From a virus, in the IMG/VR virus record IMGVR_UViG_3300032294_002710, positions 70,853 to 134,852 of that record: a DNA stretch of 64,000 nucleotides; one strand, 5' to 3'. The position numbers and the translations under genes are program-made. Shown here piece by piece: positions 1 through 10,290 of this stretch (positions are counted from its first letter, which is position 1; every line of letters begins with the position of its first letter). The notes beneath the pieces were generated by a model, which saw nothing but the letters and a program-made list of their open reading frames with translations, ran no database searches and had not been told where the DNA came from.

Positions 1-150
1 TTGCAAAAACTTTGGAAATTTAAAGAAGATTCTCTTTATCACAGATTTTGGGAACTTCCTAAGTGTGAATGTCCTAAGTCGGACAATCGTGATGTCTATG
101 GTACAGGTCATAGATATATCAATCCGAATTGTAAATTACACGGTGACTAA
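1..150 (+). CDS. Partial hypothetical phage protein (C-terminus, CxCP..DN...CxxHG)
   Basis: Open frame 1 from the window edge to TAA at 148-150; Cys/His motif. Confidence 0.6.
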   Translation: MQKLWKFKEDSLYHRFWELPKCECPKSDNRDVYGTGHRYINPNCKLHGD

Positions 151-212
151 ATTATCCTAAACATTAAAACAATTTCTGGGGTTTTCTGTATAACCTTTAG
201 TAAAATAAAGTT

Positions 213-1022
213 ATGCCAGAAGCTCCAGAAATTCGTATTATGTCTGATTTTATAAATCAGAATTCTAAAAATTTTAGATTTAAAAAACTTTTTCACGTAG
301 AAAAGGGAAATAATCCTATTGACTCCAATTATGATCAGTATAATGTTTCTGCTGATTTTTATGGAAAACAACTTCAATTAAATTTTTATAATCGACTTGG
401 TGAATCTATGAATATTTCGGTATTCATGGGTATGTCGGGAAATTGGAAATTAGTATCAACCGAGTCTTGGTCTGATACTAAATTTACTCGTATGCGTCTT
501 GATAGAGAAGATGGTATGAGTCTTCTTTTGTATGGTGGGTATATGGGTCCAAAGTATAAAATAGGTGGTTTCAATACAAAAAGGGGATTTGATATCGTAA
601 AAGATTTTGATAAGTTTAAGAGTAATGTTTTAGATAACCTATCTACCAAAGTATTTGATAAACCTATTTGTGAAATGCTTTTAGACCAACGATACTTTGA
701 CGGTGTTGGTAATTATATAAGAAGTACAATACTTTATTATTTAGATGTTAATCCATTTGAATCAGCCAGATCTGTTATTAAAAACAATCCACGCATTTTT
801 GATATGTGTAAGGAGGTTATTGAAAAATCTTACAGTTTAAATGGTGGTCAGTTAAGAGATTGGCAGAATCCAAATCCAAATTTAAGCTCTACTGAATTTC
901 TTGATTGGGTTTTTTATCAAAAAGGAATTTCTTGTGAAGATAAGACTGGAAGAACATTCTGGTTTAGTGAAAAATGGGCAGATGAGTGTCCATATAAAAT
1001 CAAACAACTATTATGGAATTAA
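213..1022 (+). CDS. Fpg/Nei-family DNA glycosylase
   Basis: N-terminal MPEAPE catalytic motif; H2TH motif LLDQRYFDGVGNYIRS. Confidence 0.9.
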   Translation: MPEAPEIRIMSDFINQNSKNFRFKKLFHVEKGNNPIDSNYDQYNVSADFYGKQLQLNFYNRLGESMNISVFMGMSGNWKLVSTESWSDTKFTRMRLDREDGMSLLLYGGYMGPKYKIGGFNTKRGFDIVKDFDKFKSNVLDNLSTKVFDKPICEMLLDQRYFDGVGNYIRSTILYYLDVNPFESARSVIKNNPRIFDMCKEVIEKSYSLNGGQLRDWQNPNPNLSSTEFLDWVFYQKGISCEDKTGRTFWFSEKWADECPYKIKQLLWN

Positions 1023-1468
1023 TAACAACTTACATTTGTAAAAAAGGTGATATTGGTGTGCATGACAATATGTTTGGTGGTACATTAATGTCACTAATTG
1101 ATGATGCTGCGGCTTCTTATGCGGCTCAAATATGTGATACACCAAGAATTGTTACTATTAAAATTGATGAATTAGTTTTTAAAAGACCAGTTAAGGTCGG
1201 TAGTTTAATTAAAATCTATGGAAAGGTTGTAGAGTTTGGTAGAACTTCTGTTTCTTTATATATCGAGGTTAGGAAACATAATGTTTATACTGGAGAACAA
1301 GAAGTTGTGACACATACAAATATAAAATTTGTTCGCATAGACGAAGAAGGAAATTCTATTCCTATTTCTGAAAGAGTTAAGGTTAGATATTCTGATAGAG
1401 TTAAACAATTTGGTAAAGGACTTATTTCAAATGAAGAAAAAAATTGTTTAAATGAAATCACAAATTAA
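1013..1468 (+). CDS. Acyl-CoA thioesterase (hotdog fold)
   Basis: HDNMFGGTLMSLIDDAA, VTIKIDELVFKRPV, GRTS motifs. Confidence 0.85.
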   Translation: MELITTYICKKGDIGVHDNMFGGTLMSLIDDAAASYAAQICDTPRIVTIKIDELVFKRPVKVGSLIKIYGKVVEFGRTSVSLYIEVRKHNVYTGEQEVVTHTNIKFVRIDEEGNSIPISERVKVRYSDRVKQFGKGLISNEEKNCLNEITN

Positions 1469-1658
1469 TAAAAAAAATGTTCAAAATATTGGTGAACATT
1501 ATGGATTAGATATTGAGGCAGAATTAACATCAATGCTATCTGATGAATTGGCTAAATCAATAGATGCTGAAATTATGAAGAATCTATTTGGTAGTGATAA
1601 GAAGAAGGATAAAATTAATAGAATATTAGAAAAAATTAAAAAATTTGAAAATGATTAA
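1452..1658 (+). CDS. Mini-protein resembling an internal fragment of T4 gp23-like major capsid protein plus C-terminal KKDKINRILEKI helix
   Basis: HYGLDIEAELTSMLSDELAKSIDAEIM resembles recalled gp23 VHGMDADAELSGILATEIMLEINREVV. Confidence 0.6.
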   Translation: MKSQINKKNVQNIGEHYGLDIEAELTSMLSDELAKSIDAEIMKNLFGSDKKKDKINRILEKIKKFEND

Positions 1659-2481
1659 AGCTGATAAGTATTATATAAATAATCTTGTAAATATTATGAG
1701 TGGGGGATCTTTTGATGAGAATCCAAGACCAAAATGGTCGGATGGTATCTCAGCACACTCAAAATTTATCACACAAGTATTTGAAGAGTATGATATATCT
1801 AAAGGTGAATTTCCAATTACTACACTGAGAAATACAGCTATTAAAACCGGAATTAAAGAAGTTCTTTGGATTTATCAGAAACAAACCAGTTCATTAAAAG
1901 TGGCTCGTGAGATGGGTATTAATTGGTGGGATGAGTGGAATATAGGTGATGATACTATCGGTCAACGATATGGCGCTACAATTCAAAGATATGACTTAAT
2001 GAATAAGTTATTAAAAAGTCTTAAAGAAGATCCGTTTTCTAGAAGACATATTATTAATATGTATCAAGAGTCTGATATGAACGAGACAAAAGGATTACAT
2101 CCTTGTGCATTTGAGACCCTATGGTCTGTTAGAAAAATTGATGGTAATTTTTATCTTGATTTAACTCTTAATCAAAGAAGTAATGATTATATAATGGCTG
2201 GATATATAAATAAGATACAATATGTTGCCTTACAAATGATGGTCGCTTCTCATTTAGGATATAAACCAGGTAAATTCTGTCACTTTGTTCAGAATTTACA
2301 CATTTATGATAGACATTTTGAGGCGGCTAATGAGATATTAGATAGGAGATCAACAAATAAACAACCAAGTATATCATTAAAATCAGATAAGAACTTCTAT
2401 GATTTTACAATAGAAGACTTTGAAATACATAATACAGATGGTATTAAAAAGCTAAGTTTTGATTTAGAAATAGCTGTTTAA
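1651..2481 (+). CDS. thyA: Thymidylate synthase
   Basis: SRRHI, LHPCAF, QRSND, NLHIYDRH motifs; ATG at 1651. Confidence 0.95.
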   Translation: MIKADKYYINNLVNIMSGGSFDENPRPKWSDGISAHSKFITQVFEEYDISKGEFPITTLRNTAIKTGIKEVLWIYQKQTSSLKVAREMGINWWDEWNIGDDTIGQRYGATIQRYDLMNKLLKSLKEDPFSRRHIINMYQESDMNETKGLHPCAFETLWSVRKIDGNFYLDLTLNQRSNDYIMAGYINKIQYVALQMMVASHLGYKPGKFCHFVQNLHIYDRHFEAANEILDRRSTNKQPSISLKSDKNFYDFTIEDFEIHNTDGIKKLSFDLEIAV

Positions 2482-2499
2482 AAAAATTAATAAAACAAT

Positions 2500-2991
2500 A
2501 TGCAAGAAGAATTAGACCCAATTTATGAACTTATAGTTTCACAGGTTAAAAATATAGACCGTGATGATTTAACAGATGATGTTGATCAAGGTCCAAAATC
2601 TAATCAAGTTGAAAAACAAATGGTTTATATCTGGATTAGGCTTTATATAAAAGAAGAATTGTCTGATATAAAAGAAGGTGATGACTTTAGTATTAAGTAT
2701 TTACCATCTGGTGAGAAATTGATGACAAAGTTTATTTGTTTCGGAAAAAAGAACTCATTTAAAGATGCTGAAGACTTCAATCAAATTCAAATTACAACTG
2801 AGGATGATACTAAATGTTTGTGTTTAATGGTTAATGAAGATGAAATTCAAACTGGTGAACATATTCCATTTATTAGATCGCTATTTAAAGTTTCAAAACA
2901 CTTTGAATATCAAGTTTATTTGAGAGAAGAATTGGAATTTAAAAACGAGAGAACTGGTCAATCTGTTGAATATATTGATTGTGATTTCTAA
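2500..2991 (+). CDS. Hypothetical protein
   Basis: 163-aa ORF, operon-like position. Confidence 0.7.
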   Translation: MQEELDPIYELIVSQVKNIDRDDLTDDVDQGPKSNQVEKQMVYIWIRLYIKEELSDIKEGDDFSIKYLPSGEKLMTKFICFGKKNSFKDAEDFNQIQITTEDDTKCLCLMVNEDEIQTGEHIPFIRSLFKVSKHFEYQVYLREELEFKNERTGQSVEYIDCDF

Positions 2992-3030
2992 TTACAGAGT
3001 ATAGATTGAAGAAAAAATAAATCAATTTTT

Positions 3031-3225
3031 ATGATACAATGTAAAATAAAAGAACTTAAAGAAATTAACAAATTGATTGACCTGAGAAGCTCAAGTGATA
3101 TATCAATTGAAAGTCATAAGGAAAAAAGAGACCAATTGATTTCTGAACTTGAAGAGGAGTTGATGAAATTAAATGACTTTGATAACTGGAAAGAATGGAA
3201 AAACTTTCAAATTTTTGATTTTTAG
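3031..3225 (+). CDS. Hypothetical protein
   Basis: 64-aa ORF. Confidence 0.55.
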   Translation: MIQCKIKELKEINKLIDLRSSSDISIESHKEKRDQLISELEEELMKLNDFDNWKEWKNFQIFDF

Positions 3226-3632
3226 TCTCTAAAAACAAAAACAAATCTTGATGTTCCTATTCCGAATGATTGTAAATATTGATTTCCGTAGGCTGTTAAT
3301 AATTCACAATTAAATTCGGATTGAAATCTTTTTAATAAATCTTCACAATCTTGATTAAATTCATACAATGTTGTATAGAAGTCATTTGGTCCAGATAGGT
3401 CGCAGTGTATTATTAAATTGACATCTTTAATGTTTTTAATATGCTTTCCTATATTTATCCTACTATGATAGTCTCTAACGTTATAAGATTTAATAAACGA
3501 GTATCTAATATCGTTTGAATCTATTGAGTTTTCAACCATATCCCATTTATCAACAAGATCTTGAAATATATCTTTTATTTCTTCGATGTTTGGATTATTT
3601 GAGAAACTTTCAAATTTTGAAATAATATACAT
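3222..3632 (-). CDS. Hypothetical protein with capsid-targeting-like N-terminus
   Basis: MYIISKFESF; TATATA motif upstream. Confidence 0.7.
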   Translation of the reverse strand: MYIISKFESFSNNPNIEEIKDIFQDLVDKWDMVENSIDSNDIRYSFIKSYNVRDYHSRINIGKHIKNIKDVNLIIHCDLSGPNDFYTTLYEFNQDCEDLLKRFQSEFNCELLTAYGNQYLQSFGIGTSRFVFVFRD

Positions 3633-3660
3633 GACATATATATAAAATTAAAAAGCAAAC

Positions 3661-5202
3661 GTGTTAGTAGATACTCAATATTTAATAAATCATAGAAAAC
3701 TAGTTGTTAGTTATGTTGATAAGTCAGGTGATATTAAGTTAAAATATTTTGATTGGCAAACTCCTCTTAAATATGTAACTTGTGAGGATAACGATCCCCA
3801 GAGACATCCAGATTATAAATCTTGGGATGGAAAGCATGTTAAGCAGATAGAGGTAAATCATCCAGATCGATATGCAGTTTATGAATTTCTTGATGCTCTT
3901 CCAGAAAAAGAGAAAGAGGAAATTTTTGAATTTAATCTTCCTAAGATATTTTTTATAGATATCGAGACTGAGATAATTGATGGATTTCCAGAGGCTGCTG
4001 ATATAAAAGATGCCGCTGGAAATGTTATTAAAGAAGGTGCCTCTACACAAGTTTTATCTATATCTATTGTTTATGACGATAAAATAATTCTTTTGGGGTT
4101 GAAAGATATGCCTCAAGATATGCAGGATCGTATAATAAACAATAGTAATAAATATTTTGAAAAGTCAAAAGTTGAATACAAATTCAAATATGTTAGATAT
4201 GAAAGTGAATTTGATATGATGTATGACTTTTTTCATAAGATGGTTCCAAAAATGCCACTTATAACCGGTTGGAACTTCTTAAACTATGACTGGTTATACT
4301 TAGTAAATAGATCTAGAAAGATATCAAAATGGGTAAATGGAAAAGAGATAAAAATAGACCCAGCCGTTTCATCTCCAACTAAAAGATTAAATAAAGTTTG
4401 GTCAACTGATTATGAAGTTCCAGCTCATAGAATGATATTCGACTACATGCAACTGTATGAAATTTGTGACACATCTATTAAGGTTAAAGAAAGCTCATCA
4501 TTGGATTTTGTTTCAAATAAGTTAGTTGGTGTGGATAAAATTAAATATTCCGGCTCTCTCCAAAAACTTTATGAAGACGACTTTGAAACTTTTATGTATT
4601 ATAACGCTGTTGACTCCGTTTTGGTGCAAAAGATACATGAAGCCAGAAATTATATTTCTATTATTTTCGCTATTTCTGCCCTTGCTAGAATTCGTGTTGT
4701 AGATATTGTGTCTCAGATGAATAATGCTCTTGGTTCACTTGCTATCACTGAAGGTGTGCTCAGAAATAGATTCCGAGATATGGAAAACATTATCTTATTT
4801 AAAGACGAAAATGCTGTTCGTGGTGGTGAATCAGGAATTGCTGGTGGTTGGGTAAAAGATCCAGTTGTTGGTATGAATAAGTGGTGTGTTATTTATGACT
4901 TTGCCTCACTTTATCCTACAACTCAACTTCAGTTCTTTATCGCACCAGAAACATTTGTTGGTGTTAAAACTGAACAAGAAGCTGACTACTGTTTCAATGG
5001 TAATCAGAGAATTAAAATTGATTTAGATAAACACGTTGTCTGTGTAAATGGTGTTGTCTTCGAGAAGAGATATTCACCAACACTGAAGATGTTGGATGAT
5101 GTCTACGCTGACCGTAAAAAGAATAAGAAAATCATGATGGCTAAAAAAGAAGAGTATAAAGCTGTTATGGATGAAATAAAAAAATTAGAAGCCGAATTAT
5201 AA
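3661..5202 (+). CDS. Family B DNA polymerase, N-terminal part (exonuclease + motif A); split gene
   Basis: DIETE, GWNFLNYDW, YNAVD exonuclease motifs; YDFASLYP motif A; ends before motifs B and C. Confidence 0.9.
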   Translation: MLVDTQYLINHRKLVVSYVDKSGDIKLKYFDWQTPLKYVTCEDNDPQRHPDYKSWDGKHVKQIEVNHPDRYAVYEFLDALPEKEKEEIFEFNLPKIFFIDIETEIIDGFPEAADIKDAAGNVIKEGASTQVLSISIVYDDKIILLGLKDMPQDMQDRIINNSNKYFEKSKVEYKFKYVRYESEFDMMYDFFHKMVPKMPLITGWNFLNYDWLYLVNRSRKISKWVNGKEIKIDPAVSSPTKRLNKVWSTDYEVPAHRMIFDYMQLYEICDTSIKVKESSSLDFVSNKLVGVDKIKYSGSLQKLYEDDFETFMYYNAVDSVLVQKIHEARNYISIIFAISALARIRVVDIVSQMNNALGSLAITEGVLRNRFRDMENIILFKDENAVRGGESGIAGGWVKDPVVGMNKWCVIYDFASLYPTTQLQFFIAPETFVGVKTEQEADYCFNGNQRIKIDLDKHVVCVNGVVFEKRYSPTLKMLDDVYADRKKNKKIMMAKKEEYKAVMDEIKKLEAEL

Positions 5203-5206
5203 TTCG

Positions 5207-5214
5207 TATATTTG
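5207..5214 (+). promoter_or_regulatory. Bacteroidota-type -7 promoter element
   Basis: TATATTTG (TAnnTTTG) 6 nt before the helicase ATG. Confidence 0.55.
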
Positions 5215-5220
5215 TAAAAT

Positions 5221-6888
5221 ATGTCACTAAAAAAAGATTTACTTAAATATCAGCCTCGCAAAGAGCAACAAGAATGTATCGATTTTATCGATTCTGAATA
5301 TAAAAAGAATAAGGAAAATAAATTCTTCCTTCTTAATCTACCGGTGGGTACTGGAAAATCACACTTAGCATTGATGATTGCTGATTGGTATTTGAAAAAT
5401 GTCAATGGTAATGCTAAATTTGACGTTATTACAAATAGTAAGATTCTTCAAGATCAATATGTAGAGACATATGATTCTATTAACGATTTAAAAGGTAAAG
5501 AAAATTATGAGTGTGCTCAGTATTCTTGTTCTTGTGCACAAGGTAATGAATTTAATAGACTAAATAAGTCAAGTTGTGAATTTTGTCCACATTCATCTGC
5601 TAGAGATGGATATGTATCAGGTAGAATGTCTTTGACCAATTTTTATCTTTACATTCTTTTCCAACTCTATATGACAAAAATGATGGACGCTAGAGGTGGT
5701 AATGTATTGATAGTAGATGAAGCACATGATTTTGATGATGTGATGTCTGATTTCATCACGATTAAAATAACAGAAACGGTTGTTAAGAGATTAAAGTTCT
5801 CTAATGAAGATAAGATTATAAAAGAACTTAAAAAAATCACTACTATTAGTGGTTATATTGATTTTCTAAAAGAGCTGCAAGGTGAGATTGCCACCACTAT
5901 ATCAGATGTTGAGAGAACACTGAATGCTGAGAAGAGAAATGTTAAGTCGGTTAAAAGAGAAAATGCTGTTAATAAGGTCTTGGGTGGTAAGAACTCAGAT
6001 ATTAAGTTAATGCAAGTTATTACAGATCTACAACAATATCAGTCTAAAATTGAAATTTTCTTAAATGAGTATAAGGCAAATCCTAATAATTGGGTATTAG
6101 AGTCAAATTATAATGAAAAGACTAAACAGAAGGAACTATCATTAGAACCAATTTGGGCGTTTGACTACCTTGATAAGTATGTTTTCTCTAAGTATGATAT
6201 GGTATTTCTAATGTCTGGAACTATTTTAGATAAAAGTCTATTTTGTCAACTTAATGGTTTAGATGTTGAAAAGGCTGTTTATTACTCAATTGAATCTCCT
6301 TTCCCTGTTAAAAATAGACCAATATACTATATGCCATTAGGAAAGATGTCATATAAATCGAAAGAAGAGACTTTTAAAAACTATGTTCCCTTTCTTCAGA
6401 AGATATTGAATAAATATCCTGATAAGAAAGGTATAATTCATAGTAACTCTTTTGAACTAGCCAGTTGGATTGCTCGTGATGTTAAAGATCCAAGATTGGT
6501 ATATCACGACTCTTCTAATAAAGATTTAGTTCTACAAGAACATTACGCTACTGACAAACCAACTGTTATAGTATCTCCGAGTATGGATACAGGCGTGAGT
6601 TTTGATGATGATAAGGCTAGATTTCAAGTGATTGCTAAAATTCCTTATCCAAGTTTGGCTTCTCAAAAGAATAAATTAAGACAGAAGAATAACCCAGAGT
6701 GGTATACTTGGAAAACAATTTCTGGACTTATTCAAATGACAGGAAGAGCAGTTAGATCAAGTGAGGATTATGCTGATACTATTATAATTGATGGATCTTT
6801 TTCAGACCTATTGAAATACTCTGGTCAATATTTTCCACATTGGTTTCAAGAGGCGATTAAAAAGGTTAATGTTAAGATTAATGTCTAA
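5221..6888 (+). CDS. DinG/XPD-like SF2 helicase
   Basis: PRKEQ Q-motif, PVGTGKS, DEAH, MSGT, Cys cluster, QMTGRAVRS. Confidence 0.9.
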   Translation: MSLKKDLLKYQPRKEQQECIDFIDSEYKKNKENKFFLLNLPVGTGKSHLALMIADWYLKNVNGNAKFDVITNSKILQDQYVETYDSINDLKGKENYECAQYSCSCAQGNEFNRLNKSSCEFCPHSSARDGYVSGRMSLTNFYLYILFQLYMTKMMDARGGNVLIVDEAHDFDDVMSDFITIKITETVVKRLKFSNEDKIIKELKKITTISGYIDFLKELQGEIATTISDVERTLNAEKRNVKSVKRENAVNKVLGGKNSDIKLMQVITDLQQYQSKIEIFLNEYKANPNNWVLESNYNEKTKQKELSLEPIWAFDYLDKYVFSKYDMVFLMSGTILDKSLFCQLNGLDVEKAVYYSIESPFPVKNRPIYYMPLGKMSYKSKEETFKNYVPFLQKILNKYPDKKGIIHSNSFELASWIARDVKDPRLVYHDSSNKDLVLQEHYATDKPTVIVSPSMDTGVSFDDDKARFQVIAKIPYPSLASQKNKLRQKNNPEWYTWKTISGLIQMTGRAVRSSEDYADTIIIDGSFSDLLKYSGQYFPHWFQEAIKKVNVKINV

Positions 6889-7618
6889 GTGATTTAAATA
6901 TAGTCACACATTTTTCAATAGCTTCTATACCTTTTTGGTCAAATTTAAATTGTTTAGATTTAGCACTTTCAACTAAATTTGAGTCTTGATATTTTGATTT
7001 TTCACTATCAGGTATTGACCATAAATTCACAACAGCCCATTCATCCTGAGACATTACTATTGCTGATAGTTCTTTTTTATGTGTGGATATAAAATCATCT
7101 AATGATCCTTTTTCAAAGGTTATTGTAAATCCTGCTGGAATACTTCCTTGTTGTTCTTTATTGATGTCTAATTTTAGAATTGTTCTTAAATTTCGATATT
7201 CACTACTATTTTCAATACTGGGTATCATAGATTCAGTGTCCCACTCATAAAACTGTAGACCTAAAACTTTTTCTACATACTCTTTAAACTCTTCAAATGA
7301 CTTTACATCTTTATTAGATGGTGCCTCATTATCTCTGAATTTTAACATAAATTGACAATAGTGCTTACCATCCAATATACCCATATAAACATGTAGTTTA
7401 TCATTTATAGATTCATATCCAATTGATGTCATTCTATTATTCAATTCAATAACATCTTTCATGAATTGAATTCTATCTGTTTCAAATATTCTACCTGTTA
7501 TTGTTATAAATCCTTGAAATACATCAGAATCCATTTCATATCCTGAATCTTTAAGGTCTAATAAAAGGTCATCAATTTCTTGTTTAGAAAGTGACTCATT
7601 GAATTTTATAATTCTCAT
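6878..7618 (-). CDS. Hypothetical protein with capsid-targeting-like N-terminus
   Basis: MRIIKFNES; AATATATA upstream. Confidence 0.7.
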   Translation of the reverse strand: MRIIKFNESLSKQEIDDLLLDLKDSGYEMDSDVFQGFITITGRIFETDRIQFMKDVIELNNRMTSIGYESINDKLHVYMGILDGKHYCQFMLKFRDNEAPSNKDVKSFEEFKEYVEKVLGLQFYEWDTESMIPSIENSSEYRNLRTILKLDINKEQQGSIPAGFTITFEKGSLDDFISTHKKELSAIVMSQDEWAVVNLWSIPDSEKSKYQDSNLVESAKSKQFKFDQKGIEAIEKCVTIFKSLRH

Positions 7619-7637
7619 AGAGTATATATTAAAACAA

Positions 7638-7663
7638 AAAACCCACTCATTTGAGTGGGTTTT
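7638..7663. terminator. Intrinsic terminator
   Basis: aaaacccactca-tt-tgagtgggtttt inverted repeat. Confidence 0.75.
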
Positions 7664-7666
7664 GAT

Positions 7667-8185
7667 TTATTTCTTTTTAGCTTCAATCGCTTTTCTTAAA
7701 CCTTCTGGTAGTTTTTTCTGTGCTGCTGTGAGACCTTTTCCTTCTTTCTTATCTTCTTTAGCATCTTTAGCTGCTTTTTTCATAGATTCTTCTTTATCTC
7801 CGTCTTTGTCTAAATCTAAGAAATCTGGTTTAGATTTCTTTTTACCTTTTTTATATGAATTATTTTTAGCCTCGAAACTCATAATATGTCTTCCTTCTTC
7901 TGAAAATGATGGTACATCACCTTCCTCTTCTTCTGAAGAGTCATAAAGATCTTCTCTATTAAAATCACCTTCTTCTTCGTCTGAAGCAAATGCGTCTTCA
8001 CGATCCCAATCTCCTTCTTCCGAAGAAATTTCATCAGGCATAACATCTGACAATTCTTCATCAGAATCAAAATCAGTTTCCATTTCTCCTGATCTCATTT
8101 TTTTAGCGTAGTCAATAAATTCTTGCTCATCAGAATCAACATCTGGAGAAAGATAAAAGTTTTCGAATTTTTTTAAGTGTTTCAT
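7667..8185 (-). CDS. Acidic/basic low-complexity protein, probable head-internal protein
   Basis: MKHLKKFENF start; acidic core; KPDFLDLDKDGDKEESMKKAAKD. Confidence 0.75.
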   Translation of the reverse strand: MKHLKKFENFYLSPDVDSDEQEFIDYAKKMRSGEMETDFDSDEELSDVMPDEISSEEGDWDREDAFASDEEEGDFNREDLYDSSEEEEGDVPSFSEEGRHIMSFEAKNNSYKKGKKKSKPDFLDLDKDGDKEESMKKAAKDAKEDKKEGKGLTAAQKKLPEGLRKAIEAKKK

Positions 8186-8255
8186 ATAAAGGTTTTTTAT
8201 TTTAATTATATATTAAACAATTTATTTCAAATTATTGATTTTTATATATAATAAG

Positions 8256-9437
8256 ATGAAAATCCTAAACTTTTTTGACTTTATTTTTGAAAACTTCAAG
8301 AAGATTGAAGTTCCCTTTCAATTTTGCACAGAATTTGACTATGTTATAAGAGAGATTGATAGTCCTATATCAAAAGCTTTTTTTGATCTAAGACTAAAAA
8401 ACTGTGATATATCATTAATTAATATTGGTGATGAGACTGATACTGCTACTTTTACAACTTCAACTAAGCTATCTCAACATTTTAATACAGAAAGTGAAAA
8501 GCAATTAACTACTTTAATACAGCCTTTAACCAGAAATACTGAAATATATTCTAAGAATAGAACAACTATTAAAATAGGAAGGCTTATTCGTAAATTATTT
8601 GGTACAAAGTTTAGTGATGTTGAGATTGAGAAATTTGTAAATCAATACAAATCAAGTTTAGATTCTAAGATTACAAATTTTGAAATTTGGGAAGGTTCTA
8701 GAATAAAAGAAGGATATATGTCTAAGAACTACACATATGATGGTGCTAGTTCAAATCCATTAATAAATTCTTGCATGAATGATGAAATTGAACTTGTCGA
8801 TTTCTATAATTATGTTCCCGTAAAATTACTTGTTATGTTGAATAACGAGAGGCATATCTTTGGAAGATCTTTGATTTGGAAAACTGATAGAGGTCTTTTT
8901 ATGGATAGAGTTTATTGTGCTTTTGACTCGGACTATTATAAGTTTATTGACTATGCTAAAAAGAATAATATAATTTATAAGGCTGAAAATAAAAGTGGAT
9001 GTCAGACAAAATATGTAAAGGGTGATGTTACTTCTTGGTTTCCGATGATTGTTAGTTTAAAATTTGAGGTTGAGACTTATAATCAAGAAGATTTCACAGA
9101 AGATCCTAAGGACTTTCCATATATGGATACTTTTATTTATGGCCAGAAAAATAGATTAAGTAATTATGAACCACTTGATGATAGTTATTATGTCTTGACA
9201 GATACTGATGGTGGCTTTTTGGAAGTTACTCCTGTTTATGATATAAATGGTCAAAGAATTGAGACTGATCAAATTGAAAATTATGAATGGTCAAATACTC
9301 AAAATGGTTGGATTTATAATAAAGATGTTGTTTACGTATCTTCGGTCCAAGATTATTTATCTCTTGATTACTTAAAAGATCCTGAAAATGGTTTCACTTG
9401 GTCATCAAAAACAGGATGGATTAAAAATGGAAAATAA
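8256..9437 (+). CDS. Conserved phage protein (NSCM/GRxLxW/DRxY/PYMDT family), paralog of 10287
   Basis: Shared motifs with 10287..12596; likely start MKILNFFDFIFE. Confidence 0.75.
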   Translation: MKILNFFDFIFENFKKIEVPFQFCTEFDYVIREIDSPISKAFFDLRLKNCDISLINIGDETDTATFTTSTKLSQHFNTESEKQLTTLIQPLTRNTEIYSKNRTTIKIGRLIRKLFGTKFSDVEIEKFVNQYKSSLDSKITNFEIWEGSRIKEGYMSKNYTYDGASSNPLINSCMNDEIELVDFYNYVPVKLLVMLNNERHIFGRSLIWKTDRGLFMDRVYCAFDSDYYKFIDYAKKNNIIYKAENKSGCQTKYVKGDVTSWFPMIVSLKFEVETYNQEDFTEDPKDFPYMDTFIYGQKNRLSNYEPLDDSYYVLTDTDGGFLEVTPVYDINGQRIETDQIENYEWSNTQNGWIYNKDVVYVSSVQDYLSLDYLKDPENGFTWSSKTGWIKNGK

Positions 9438-9447
9438 TATATAACTA

Positions 9448-10290
9448 ATGAAAGTTTTAAATTTTGAAAAGTATCAATTGGCTGAAGATTTATCTAATTT
9501 TATAGCAAATCCAACTATTAATGAATCTGATAATAAAGATTCACAAATTAATGGTATTTTAAAGAAGTTATCTCAAGATTTAAAATTTAACTACGGATTA
9601 GTTTTCACTTTCGGTGTTGGTGTTAGAGTAATGTATCCAATTGTTGAGGGATTAATAACAAATGGTAGTTTAAAGGTGGAACCCACTATGGAGAATATTG
9701 TATTAGTTAGTATCGCTGCATTAACAATTACATACTTGGAAGAGTCAAAGAATAAAGCAGGTGATGCTGAAGTACCTTGTAATTGTAAAAATAAATCTAA
9801 GGATTGTGAAAAATGTAGTGGTACCGGTATGATTAAAAGTATTGTCACTAAACAAGATGCTAGAACAATTCTTGAAGAACTTAAATTAAGAGGAATTGGT
9901 AATGGAATTGTTAGGAAAATGGTTGAATGTTTTAAATTTTTAGGTTCAGTATTGAAGGCATTGTTCAAAAATACACCATATGTTGTAAATGGACTTATAG
10001 ATATGTTAGCATATACATCAGTTTTAATACCTGCGATGAATGGAATCAGTGCAATAGTTGGTAAGTATGATCTTAACATTGATACTTTAATTGGTAACTC
10101 GGCGGCAATTGCCTTGGGTATTTCTACATTTTTAACAAAATATGGATTTGATTGGTTAGTTAAGAAATTCAAAAATAAATTTGGATTTGATACTAAAAAT
10201 CTTGATGTTCCTACAGTTATTAAACCTTATGATATTGGTGACGCTGAGAGTGATAACTTAGGTGATAACAAATTAATTAAAGAACAGTGA
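9448..10290 (+). CDS. Membrane protein with CxC..CxxCxGxG zinc motif
   Basis: Hydrophobic segments; CNC...CEKCSGTG. Confidence 0.7.
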   Translation: MKVLNFEKYQLAEDLSNFIANPTINESDNKDSQINGILKKLSQDLKFNYGLVFTFGVGVRVMYPIVEGLITNGSLKVEPTMENIVLVSIAALTITYLEESKNKAGDAEVPCNCKNKSKDCEKCSGTGMIKSIVTKQDARTILEELKLRGIGNGIVRKMVECFKFLGSVLKALFKNTPYVVNGLIDMLAYTSVLIPAMNGISAIVGKYDLNIDTLIGNSAAIALGISTFLTKYGFDWLVKKFKNKFGFDTKNLDVPTVIKPYDIGDAESDNLGDNKLIKEQ

